In this document: piece after piece, positions 51,864-60,397 of the stretch
How positions within the stretch are numbered: position 1 is the stretch's first letter
Layout: the number at the start of each line of letters is the position of its first letter
NCBI GenBank assembly: GCA_017542065.1
Contig: JAFXXX010000021.1
Span: 6,650 to 70,649 of the forward strand
DNA: 64,000 nucleotides
Direction: 5' to 3'
Source: Bacilli bacterium
Lineage (GTDB): Bacteria > Bacillota_I > Bacilli_A > RF39 > UBA660
Notes under the pieces: generated by a model
Told to the model about the DNA's origin: nothing
The model's database searches: none
What the model saw: the letters and a program-made list of their open reading frames with translations, nothing else
Position numbers and translations under genes: made by a program

Positions 51864-53174
51864 ATGTTAGGAACAGTCTTAGGAAAGACAATTATTTTTG
51901 TAGAAAATATATTTAAATTCAACGCTTCCTCTTTTCCAGGAAGAGTTGTTTTAAAGTTATTTCCAAATTATTTAAAGAAATTAAAATATCCAAAACTAGT
52001 TATTATGGTAACTGGTTCCTCTGGTAAAGGATCTACTACTAAATATATTGCAGATATACTTAAAAAGAATAATATGACTGTAGGTCATAATGTATATGGT
52101 TCAAATCTACTAGATGGTATAGCTACTGCTATAATTAGAGTTACTAAAGGTAAAACTGTTAAAGCTGATGCCCTAGTACTTGAAGTTGATGAAAGATATT
52201 TAAAATTTGTAACTAAATATATTAAAGCAAATATTATAGCTATTAATAATATAACTAGAGATCAACCTCCAAGACAAGGTAACTACGAAGAAGTATTTGG
52301 AGAAATCTGTAAAGGATTAAATACTGATACTTTAGTATTAAATGCTGATGATCCTCTATTAAAGAGATTTGAAGATGTGTTTGATGGAAAGATAGTTTAC
52401 TATGGTATAGATAAAAATCAATATAGTTTTAAAGAATTAGATGACATTAAAAACACAGCTTATTGTCCTAAATGTCATACTAAACTTGTTTATGACTATT
52501 ACCACTATTCTTCAGTTGGAGACTTTGAATGTCCTAAATGTGATTTTGATAGAGGTAAAATAAACTATGAAATAGATTCTATTAAAGATAATGTTGTTAC
52601 TATTAATAATGATGTTAAAATAACTATTGATAATGATACTCTATTTAATCTATATAATATTGTTAGTACTTATGCAGTATGTAAAACAATTAATATGAGT
52701 GATGAAAAAATAGTTAATGCATTAAATCATGATAAGACAATGAGGAAACTATTTAATGAATATACTATTAATGATAGAAAATATACTATTTTAAATTGTA
52801 AAGCAGAAAATAATGCAACATATAATTTAAACCTACTTCATGTTTTAAAAGATAAAGATAGAAAAACATTAGTAATAGGTCTTAGACAAATCTCAAGAAG
52901 ATATGATCACTTTGATTTATCTTGGTTATGGGATATTAACTTTGAAATATTAAAAGATAATAATATAGATAAAATAATATGTGCTGGTCCATATAGATAT
53001 GATATAGCTGTTAGAGTTAAATATGCTGGGTTTGATGAAAAAAATATTATCATTATGGAAAACACTAATGGTATGAAAGAAATAATTGAAAATCAAACTA
53101 GTGGAAATATCTATGGAATATTAAACTTTGATTATGTTGAACCATTTATCAAAGAAACTAAAGGAGGTAAATAA
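51864..53174 (+). CDS. murT: lipid II isoglutaminyl synthase, Mur-ligase subunit MurT
   Basis: P-loop VTGSSGKGSTT, Cys4 ribbon CPKCH...CPKCD and DUF1727-type DLSWLWDINFE. I place the start at ATG 51864, after SD AGGTGA. Confidence 0.85.
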   Translation: MLGTVLGKTIIFVENIFKFNASSFPGRVVLKLFPNYLKKLKYPKLVIMVTGSSGKGSTTKYIADILKKNNMTVGHNVYGSNLLDGIATAIIRVTKGKTVKADALVLEVDERYLKFVTKYIKANIIAINNITRDQPPRQGNYEEVFGEICKGLNTDTLVLNADDPLLKRFEDVFDGKIVYYGIDKNQYSFKELDDIKNTAYCPKCHTKLVYDYYHYSSVGDFECPKCDFDRGKINYEIDSIKDNVVTINNDVKITIDNDTLFNLYNIVSTYAVCKTINMSDEKIVNALNHDKTMRKLFNEYTINDRKYTILNCKAENNATYNLNLLHVLKDKDRKTLVIGLRQISRRYDHFDLSWLWDINFEILKDNNIDKIICAGPYRYDIAVRVKYAGFDEKNIIIMENTNGMKEIIENQTSGNIYGILNFDYVEPFIKETKGGK

Positions 53175-53842
53175 TGAATATTGGTTATATATATTATGAT
53201 TTACTAAACCTTTATGGTGATGATGGTAACGTAAAAGCATTAAAACAAAGATTAACTAATCAAGGAGTTAAAGTAAATATAGATTATATATCTTTAGGAG
53301 ACATAATAAACTTTGCTAAATATGATATTGTTTATATTGGATCTGGAACAGATGATAATTTACTTATTGCACTTGATTACTTAAAAGAATATAAAAGTGA
53401 TATTAAAAGATATATTAATGGTAATAAATTTTTCTTAGCTACTGGTAACTCAGTAGAACTATTTGGAAAATATATTCAAAAAGGAGAAGAAAAATTAGAA
53501 GCCCTAGATATACTTAACTACTATACTGAATATAATGATTCTAGAATAGTAAATGATATTAATTATTCTTGTACGCAATCTAGTAAGAATATAATTGGTT
53601 TTGAAAACCATAGAGGTCATATAATATCTAAAGAAAAGAACTTCTTATATAAAGATGATAATAAATATGGAGTTGTTTATAATAACTTTATTGGAACTTA
53701 TTTAATAGGACCTCTATTAATAAGAAATCCATATTTCTTAGAAGAATATATTAAGAGATTGTTAAATACAGAAAATATAAAAGAAGATAATTATTATTTA
53801 GAAATTGAAGCATATAAAAAAGCAGTAGAACTAATTGAATAG
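53174..53842 (+). CDS. gatD: GatD-like CobQ-type amidotransferase subunit, apparently lacking the Cys/His catalytic residues
   Basis: It overlaps the murT stop (ATAATG). The length and alignment pattern match GatD (YDLLNLYGDDGN, IGFENH), but the CGG nucleophile site reads LATGNS and the YLHGP site reads YLIGP. Confidence 0.75.
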   Translation: MNIGYIYYDLLNLYGDDGNVKALKQRLTNQGVKVNIDYISLGDIINFAKYDIVYIGSGTDDNLLIALDYLKEYKSDIKRYINGNKFFLATGNSVELFGKYIQKGEEKLEALDILNYYTEYNDSRIVNDINYSCTQSSKNIIGFENHRGHIISKEKNFLYKDDNKYGVVYNNFIGTYLIGPLLIRNPYFLEEYIKRLLNTENIKEDNYYLEIEAYKKAVELIE

Positions 53843-54271
53843 CTCTACTGCTTTTATATTTAAGTTTTGTTTATTTATATTACTTTGTTTATTTATTTGT
53901 AATCCTAATAGTAATATTAAGATAATACATAGAAGTATAGCAATAATATTTATAGCTTTAGTAATATTAGATTTAGCTTTTAAAAGCATTATTTTTAAAT
54001 CTGATACTGTAGGTTTATATACTTCTCTATTACCAGTGGAATAATATATGATAGATGTTATTATCAAAAATACTATTCCAATTATACCTGAGAATATAGC
54101 TATATTTCTAAATCTATTAGCATAGTTTAATATTAAACCAGTAACAGCTATCTTTTCATGCATAATTATAGGTAACGAATATCTTAAATATAATATAAAC
54201 GCACTTATAGCAACACCAAATGGAATAAAAGATATAAAATCTAATGTTCTCTTTGATATACTCTTTGTCAT
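53831..54271 (-). CDS. hypothetical membrane protein (4 TM)
   Basis: 146 aa and hydrophobic. It is convergent with gatD and overlaps it by 12 nt. Confidence 0.5.
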   Translation of the reverse strand: MTKSISKRTLDFISFIPFGVAISAFILYLRYSLPIIMHEKIAVTGLILNYANRFRNIAIFSGIIGIVFLIITSIIYYSTGNREVYKPTVSDLKIMLLKAKSNITKAINIIAILLCIILILLLGLQINKQSNINKQNLNIKAVELFN

Positions 54272-54351
54272 ATATTACACCCCCCTTTTTGAATGCCTAA
54301 TATATTACCATAAAACCTCTATTTTGTCCAATTTTTGGGCCTAAAAAAACA

Positions 54352-54594
54352 TTACAAAGTTGTAATGTTTATTTTAACTTTCTTTCTATCTTTTAAATTA
54401 GAACTAGCTTGAACTATAGTTCTAATAGAATTAGCAATCTTTCCAGATTTACCAATGATAGCTCCAGCTTCGTCTTCATTAACTACTACTTCAATTAGAA
54501 TTCCATCTTCTTCTTCAAATTCTTTAACTGAAACTGAATCAGGATCACTAACTAAAGATTTAATAATCATTTCTGTTAATTCTACTAAACTCAT
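54352..54594 (-). CDS. khpA: KH-domain RNA-binding protein KhpA (YlqC)
   Basis: GAIIGKSGKIANSIRTIV. 80 aa, directly after rpsP. Confidence 0.85.
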   Translation of the reverse strand: MSLVELTEMIIKSLVSDPDSVSVKEFEEEDGILIEVVVNEDEAGAIIGKSGKIANSIRTIVQASSNLKDRKKVKINITTL

Positions 54595-54596
54595 AA

Positions 54597-54875
54597 TTAT
54601 TTACTCTCTTTTTTACTATTTTTTTCAACATGGAATTTTTCCATAATACCTACTCTAGATAATAAGTTTCTAGCAGTATCAGTAGGAATAGCTCCAGTTC
54701 TTAACCATTTTAAAGTTTCTTCTTCTTTAATATCTACTTGTCCATCTAATGGATTATAAGTTCCTAAAGTTTCAATAAATTTACCATCTCTAGGACTTCT
54801 TGAATCAGCAGCTACTAATCTATAGAATGGTCTTTTCTTAGCACCCATTCTTTTTAATCTAATTTTAACAGCCAT
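54597..54875 (-). CDS. rpsP: 30S ribosomal protein S16
   Basis: [21 protein letters not shown]. Confidence 0.95.
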   Translation of the reverse strand: MAVKIRLKRMGAKKRPFYRLVAADSRSPRDGKFIETLGTYNPLDGQVDIKEEETLKWLRTGAIPTDTARNLLSRVGIMEKFHVEKNSKKESK

Positions 54876-54956
54876 TTTCGTTCCTCCTTTTTTTAACTAC
54901 ATATATATTATAACATATAAAAATAAATGTCAACCTTTTTAGTTGACATTTATTAA

Positions 54957-56195
54957 TTAATAATCTAATGCAGCATATTCAAATGTATAATCTTTACCAT
55001 TATCAAATACTAAACTAACAGTATTCTTATTTTCATCATAAACTATTTTAGTTACTACATTTGCTGGAGTTATATCAATATTAGATATTGGATCTAGAAG
55101 AGCAGTTTCTTCTTGTCCTCCATTATCATAACTATATTTATATGCTTTATTATTTACATCTACTATTCCTAAAACTGTATCAGTTTCAGAAGCTGTAATA
55201 AGAACTTTAGCAGAACCAGTACTATAACCTACTCTGTATTCTCTAGTAGCAGCTATATAACTAATTGGACTATCATAATAATGAATAACATTTAAATCAA
55301 TTTCTTGTTCTCCATTTAAATCCACATATGCGCCAGATGCTGTTTTACCAAGTGCTATAGAAGATCCACCACAAGTATATCCATGATTTGGAGCAGCATA
55401 GAAATCAACATAGTTACCTTTAAGTTCAACAAATTTCATTAATTCTGTTACATGAACATAAGTGTTAATATAATATGCTTTTGTATCAGTTACTACTACT
55501 ATAAATTCAAGACCACTACAATCATGAGTATTATAATAAACCTTTTTAACATTATCAAATACTTTTAATATTTCTTTTGTATCAACAGTAGATAATACAA
55601 ATTTATTATTACTAAAATTAAGACTGTATGTTCTATCATCATAAGTTTTATTTGCAGATAACTCTTTTAATGATTTAACTTCATAAGTCTTTTTATCTAA
55701 ACCTATATTTGTATTAATATCAGTCATTTCAATAGTATGAATTCCATCATCCTTTTTAATTATATCGTCATCTTCGTCTTCGTCTTCATCTTCATCGTCC
55801 CAAAGATCATCATCAAATATATCCTCAATAGAACGCTTACAAGCATTATAACTCGAATTATATTCACCACAAATCATATAGTTTGAAATACTTCTATATA
55901 CAGCAGGTAAACCAATAAATAATGAGAAAGTAGTAATAATGTCTACTCCAACACTAATTAATGCACCAATACCAGATGCCTTAGATATTCCCTTTTTCTT
56001 ATTAAAGAATACTATAAATAAGATTAAACCTGCTATTGGAAAGAAGAATCCTAAAACTCCCCATCCAAATGAATTAACTTTTTCATTCTTTGGTTCTTCT
56101 ACTTTAGTAGCTTTAGTAACTTTCTTAGTTTCAGTTTTATCACATTTAGGACATTTACCATCTTTTAATTTAGTACCACAATTTCCGCAAAACAT
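54957..56195 (-). CDS. zinc-ribbon membrane protein with acidic linker and large external domain
   Basis: CGNCG...CPKCD N-terminus, TM block GVLGFFFPIAGLILFIVFFNKKKG and a DDDLWDDEDEDEDEDDD run. 412 aa. Confidence 0.7.
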   Translation of the reverse strand: MFCGNCGTKLKDGKCPKCDKTETKKVTKATKVEEPKNEKVNSFGWGVLGFFFPIAGLILFIVFFNKKKGISKASGIGALISVGVDIITTFSLFIGLPAVYRSISNYMICGEYNSSYNACKRSIEDIFDDDLWDDEDEDEDEDDDIIKKDDGIHTIEMTDINTNIGLDKKTYEVKSLKELSANKTYDDRTYSLNFSNNKFVLSTVDTKEILKVFDNVKKVYYNTHDCSGLEFIVVVTDTKAYYINTYVHVTELMKFVELKGNYVDFYAAPNHGYTCGGSSIALGKTASGAYVDLNGEQEIDLNVIHYYDSPISYIAATREYRVGYSTGSAKVLITASETDTVLGIVDVNNKAYKYSYDNGGQEETALLDPISNIDITPANVVTKIVYDENKNTVSLVFDNGKDYTFEYAALDY

Positions 56196-56205
56196 AATTA
56201 CCCTC

Positions 56206-56757
56206 CTATATAGTCATTAATTCTTTTTCTTTTTCTGCTGCAATATCTTCAACTTGTTTATTATATTTATTGATTAGTTCTTGAACTTCATTTTGTCCAT
56301 ATTTTTCTTCATCTTCATTTAATTCAAGTCTCTTAATATCATTATTAGCATCTTGTCTAATATTTCTTAAAGCTATTTTAGCTTCTTCACTCATAGCTTT
56401 AGCTTGTTTAACAAGTTCTCTTCTTCTGTCTTCTGTAAGTTCTGGAATAGAAATAAATATTACTTCTCCAGTATTATTAGGAGTTAAACCAAGATCAGCT
56501 TCATAAATAGCTTTTTCTATATCTGATAAACAAGATTTATCATATGGTTTAATTTGTAATTTTCTTGCTTCTGGAACAGAAATATTAGCTACTTGGTTTA
56601 ATGGTGTATCAGTTCCATAATAATTAACTTTAACTGAATCAAGCATAGCAGGATTAGCTCTACCTGCTCTTATATTTGTAAGTCTATCCTTTAAAGATTC
56701 AATAGACTTTGTCATTTTTTCTTCAACTTCTAAAAGAATATCATCTAACATATTCAT
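56206..56757 (-). CDS. frr: ribosome recycling factor
   Basis: IRAGRANPAMLD. 183 aa. Confidence 0.95.
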   Translation of the reverse strand: MNMLDDILLEVEEKMTKSIESLKDRLTNIRAGRANPAMLDSVKVNYYGTDTPLNQVANISVPEARKLQIKPYDKSCLSDIEKAIYEADLGLTPNNTGEVIFISIPELTEDRRRELVKQAKAMSEEAKIALRNIRQDANNDIKRLELNEDEEKYGQNEVQELINKYNKQVEDIAAEKEKELMTI

Positions 56758-56817
56758 ACCTCATTTCTAAATATAATTATATCATAAAAAACATTAATAA
56801 AGTAAAACTTTATATTA

Positions 56818-57318
56818 TTAACCTTCAATTATAATTTTTGTATCAGAATCTATCATTCCGATAAGTTTTTCCATATCTTCTTTTTCTATAGCTACGCATC
56901 CTGCAGTATAATCTTTTCTTTTACAATGTAAGAATATTGCACTACCTTTACCCTTAATATTATCAGGATTAGTTTTTATTTCAATAGCATACTCATAAGC
57001 ATTCTCTACATAATCTATTAGATGTTCTACGCTAAACATAGGCTTAATAGATGTCTTAATTAATTCATTATATTCATCTGAATTAACATCATCTACCCAG
57101 TACATATCATCTTCTATTTTTATATATGGTAACTTAGTATCAATACTATCATATTTTCCAAACGCTACCCCCAATTCAAATTCACCGATAGGAGTTTTCC
57201 AATCCCCTTCAGTTTTATCTTTGGTAAAACCATTTTTACCTATATAAGCAGTTACCTTTAAATCTTTATATATTAATACTACCTTATCATTTTCTTTTCT
57301 TACATATATATTATTCAT
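56818..57318 (-). CDS. L,D-transpeptidase (YkuD) family protein, no signal peptide seen
   Basis: GSAIFLHCKRKDYTAGCVA contains the His...Cys catalytic motif. 166 aa. Confidence 0.7.
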   Translation of the reverse strand: MNNIYVRKENDKVVLIYKDLKVTAYIGKNGFTKDKTEGDWKTPIGEFELGVAFGKYDSIDTKLPYIKIEDDMYWVDDVNSDEYNELIKTSIKPMFSVEHLIDYVENAYEYAIEIKTNPDNIKGKGSAIFLHCKRKDYTAGCVAIEKEDMEKLIGMIDSDTKIIIEG

Positions 57319-57366
57319 ATTATCACCTAGTTAAATTATAGCATAAAAAAAGTAATGATTAAATCA

Positions 57367-58233
57367 TTACTTCATTTGAGCCATAACTTCTTCAGCGAAG
57401 TTTTCTTCTCTCTTTTCGATACCTTCTCCAACTTCATATCTAACCATGTTAACTAATGAACAGTTATTTGAAGAAAGATATACACCAACTGTCTTAGATG
57501 GATCTTTAACATATTCTTGTTCAACTATACAGTTTTCTTTAAAGAATTTAGAAATACCACCCATAACAATCTTTTCAGCAATTGCTTCAGGTTTACCTTC
57601 ATTAATTGCTTTTTCTTTTAATACTTCTTTTTCTTCTTCTATATCTTTTTCTGGAACTAAATCTTTAGAAATATATTTAGGATTCATAGCAGCTAAATGC
57701 ATAGCAACATCATTAGCTACAGTTTCATTATCTCCATTAACAACTGTTAATGCAGAAATTTTACCACCCATATGAATATATTTACCAAATACTTGATCAT
57801 CAGACTTAGTTAATTTAGTAAATCTTCTGAATGAGATTTTTTCTCCTAATGTAGCAGTTAAGTTAATAACTGAATCATTAATAGTTCCTTCATCAGTAGC
57901 AACAGCCATAGCTTCTTCCATAGTAGTAGCATCACTGTTAACTAAAGCAGTAGCAATCTTATTTAGTAATGTAGTAAATCTTTCGTTTTTAGCAACGAAA
58001 TCTGTTTCACAGTTTACTTCTAAGATAACTGCATTATTACCATCTACTAATACAGTAGAAAGTCCTTCAGCTGCAATTCTATCTTGTTTCTTAGCAGCCT
58101 TAGCAATACCTTTTTCACGAAGCCATTTAACAGCTTCATCAATATTTTCATTATTTTCTTCTAATGCTTTTTTACAATCCATTAAACCAGCATTAGTCAT
58201 ATCTTTTAACTTTTTAACTAAACTTGCATCCAT
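57367..58233 (-). CDS. tsf: elongation factor Ts
   Basis: UBA-like N-terminus LKDMTNAGLMDCKKALEE. 288 aa, directly after rpsB. Confidence 0.95.
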   Translation of the reverse strand: MDASLVKKLKDMTNAGLMDCKKALEENNENIDEAVKWLREKGIAKAAKKQDRIAAEGLSTVLVDGNNAVILEVNCETDFVAKNERFTTLLNKIATALVNSDATTMEEAMAVATDEGTINDSVINLTATLGEKISFRRFTKLTKSDDQVFGKYIHMGGKISALTVVNGDNETVANDVAMHLAAMNPKYISKDLVPEKDIEEEKEVLKEKAINEGKPEAIAEKIVMGGISKFFKENCIVEQEYVKDPSKTVGVYLSSNNCSLVNMVRYEVGEGIEKREENFAEEVMAQMK

Positions 58234-58250
58234 TTTTTATTCTCCTTTTA

Positions 58251-59309
58251 TTATTTTAAAGCATCAATTAATTCAGCTTTTTTTAATTTAGTGTATCCTT
58301 CGATACCTTTAGCTTTAGCCATTTCTTTTAATTCAGCAACAGTTAATGTAGATAAATCTACTTTTTCTTCTTTTTTAGTAGCAGCTTTCTTAGTAGTTTT
58401 CTTTTCTTCTTTAACTTCTTCTTTCTTTTCTACTTTCTTAGCTACTTTCTTAGTTTCTTTCTTTTCTTCAACTTTTTCTTCTTTAACTACTTCTTTTTTA
58501 GTTTCTTTCTTAGCTGGTTTCTTTTCTTCTTTAGCTTCTACTTTATCTTCTTTTTCAACTACTTTAATATCTTCAACTACGTCAGCCATATTAACTTTAT
58601 CGTCTTCAGTAACATAGTCTACTAATTCTTTATTTGTTGCTTCACAAATAGCGTTATTTAAAACTCCAAGAACTACTTTTATAGATCTTACAGCATCATC
58701 ATTAGCCGGAATAACATAATCAACTAGATCTGGATCACAGTTTGTATCAACAATACCAAATACTGGAATGTTTAATTTTCTAGCTTCTCTTATAGCATTA
58801 ATTTCTTTCTTAGGATCTACTATAATCATAGCATCTGGCATTTTCTTCATTTCTCTAACACCTTCGAAATAAAGTTTTAACTTATCATATTCTTTTCTGA
58901 TTTTGATAACTTCTTTCTTAGGTAACATTTCGAAAGTACCATTTTCTTCCATCTTTTCGATTTGTTCTATTCTACTAATTCTTCTCTTGATAGTTCTAAA
59001 GTTAGTAAGAGTTCCTCCTAACCATCTTTCTACCATATAGTAGCTTTCTGATCTTAAAGCTTCTTCTTTTGCAGCTTCTTGTGCTTGTTTCTTTGTACCA
59101 ACAAAGATAACTTTTCCACCATCTTCTGCAATTTTCTTTAAAGCATCATATGCTTCTTCAATCTTCTTAACTGTCTTTTGAAGATCGATAATATAAATGT
59201 CATCTCTAGATGTATAAATGTATTCCTTCATCTTAGGATTCCATCTTTTTGTTTGATGTCCAAAATGAACACCTGCTTCTAATAAATAGCTCATTGAAAC
59301 TACTGTCAT
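58251..59309 (-). CDS. rpsB: 30S ribosomal protein S2 with ~115-aa Lys/Glu-rich C-terminal extension ending in a Rho_N/HeH-like motif
   Basis: The core begins [19 protein letters not shown]. The tail is KE-rich and ends [34 protein letters not shown]. Confidence 0.93.
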   Translation of the reverse strand: MTVVSMSYLLEAGVHFGHQTKRWNPKMKEYIYTSRDDIYIIDLQKTVKKIEEAYDALKKIAEDGGKVIFVGTKKQAQEAAKEEALRSESYYMVERWLGGTLTNFRTIKRRISRIEQIEKMEENGTFEMLPKKEVIKIRKEYDKLKLYFEGVREMKKMPDAMIIVDPKKEINAIREARKLNIPVFGIVDTNCDPDLVDYVIPANDDAVRSIKVVLGVLNNAICEATNKELVDYVTEDDKVNMADVVEDIKVVEKEDKVEAKEEKKPAKKETKKEVVKEEKVEEKKETKKVAKKVEKKEEVKEEKKTTKKAATKKEEKVDLSTLTVAELKEMAKAKGIEGYTKLKKAELIDALK

Positions 59310-59452
59310 AAATAAATTCCTCCTTTTGTTTCATCTTCCAAATATCTCTTCTTTGCTCCCCACTATTACTAGCACACGGTTCACAAATCAATATTTGTGC
59401 ATTTTTTTCTAAAAGCAAGGATATTATAGCACATTTTTTCTTTATTTGACAA
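59310..59452 (-). promoter_or_regulatory. rpsB promoter and ~105-nt 5' UTR
   Basis: TTGTCA (59452-59447), an 18-nt spacer and TATAAT (59428-59423). The UTR contains hairpin CACAAAT-ATTG-ATTTGTG and a G-rich patch before SD AAGGAGG. Confidence 0.4.
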
Positions 59453-59490
59453 GGGTATTTTACATAAAAAAAGAAGGTTTATTAACCTTC

Positions 59491-60351
59491 TTATCTTTGA
59501 CAATAATATGTATTATATGAACTATAGAATAATATTACTGCAGTATCATAATTATCAGTTTCTAATAATCCCATTTCTAAGTTCATATTTGTCTTATCAG
59601 GAGCAGCTACTCCATCTATCATAGCATCAGTAATAGTACCTTTAACATCGATAAATGCTTCTCCTTGATTCTTATACTTTTCATTCTTATCAGTTTCAAT
59701 AGTATAAGTAAATGTTCCTTTATAGTAGTTCTTATAACTTTCTGAATAAGGACCATATCTAAATGAATTATCTGTATAAAGATTTAATACAGTTTTCTTA
59801 TCTGATGGAGCTTTAGTTACATCATCAGAATATTGAGTAGCTTCTGTACTATAATAACTTACACAAGTCCAAGTTCCATATGGATAACCACTCTTAACTG
59901 TTTTTTGAACTTCTCTAACGCCTTCTTTAATTTCAGGAATAGATTCTTTAACACCTCTTCCAATAGCAGCTAAACCAGCTATAAACATAATAATAGCTAT
60001 AACAATTGATAAAGCATTTAAGATAATACCTGTAATCTTAAATCCTTTTTTACCTTTAGCACAGATTCCTAGAATTAAACCTGCGATTGGGAAAACTATA
60101 ATAAATACAGTTAAGAACCAAGATAAAATAAATGAAACAATACCAAGAACCATACTTACTATTCCAAGAGCACTTGATCCTTGATTACTGTTATTAACAG
60201 GTTCAACTTTTACAGTTTCTTTCTTTACTTCTTTAGCTTCTTCTTTCTTTTCAACTTTTTTTGGAGCCTTCTTTGCTTCTACTTTAGTTCCACAACTAGA
60301 GCAAAATTTAGTACCAGCTTCAATTTCTTTTCCACAATTATTGCAAACCAT
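59491..60351 (-). CDS. zinc-ribbon membrane protein (DUF4190-like TM block)
   Basis: CNNCG...CSSCG N-terminus, KE-rich linker, TM block FIIVFPIAGLILGICAKGKKG and an external domain. 286 aa. Confidence 0.7.
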   Translation of the reverse strand: MVCNNCGKEIEAGTKFCSSCGTKVEAKKAPKKVEKKEEAKEVKKETVKVEPVNNSNQGSSALGIVSMVLGIVSFILSWFLTVFIIVFPIAGLILGICAKGKKGFKITGIILNALSIVIAIIMFIAGLAAIGRGVKESIPEIKEGVREVQKTVKSGYPYGTWTCVSYYSTEATQYSDDVTKAPSDKKTVLNLYTDNSFRYGPYSESYKNYYKGTFTYTIETDKNEKYKNQGEAFIDVKGTITDAMIDGVAAPDKTNMNLEMGLLETDNYDTAVILFYSSYNTYYCQR

Positions 60352-60397
60352 AATAAATACCTCCTATTTGCATATATATACTATAACATAATTAAAC

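Noticed and set aside
58360-58600. Repetitive GAA/AAA-rich DNA lies in the S2 tail. Similar KE-rich stretches occur at 48120-48251, 50150-50210, 60200-60290 and 63950-64000, and a GAT/GAA acidic run at 55741-55800.
   Set aside because: These are compositionally biased codon runs encoding Lys/Glu or Asp/Glu linkers. They are not tandem DNA repeats with a defined unit, CRISPR-like arrays or mobile-element ends.
59233-59418. A 61-aa minus-strand ORF overlaps the rpsB start and leader.
   Set aside because: It lies in the rpsB 5' UTR and the first codons of S2 out of frame, with no SD. The real S2 start has a perfect AAGGAGG.
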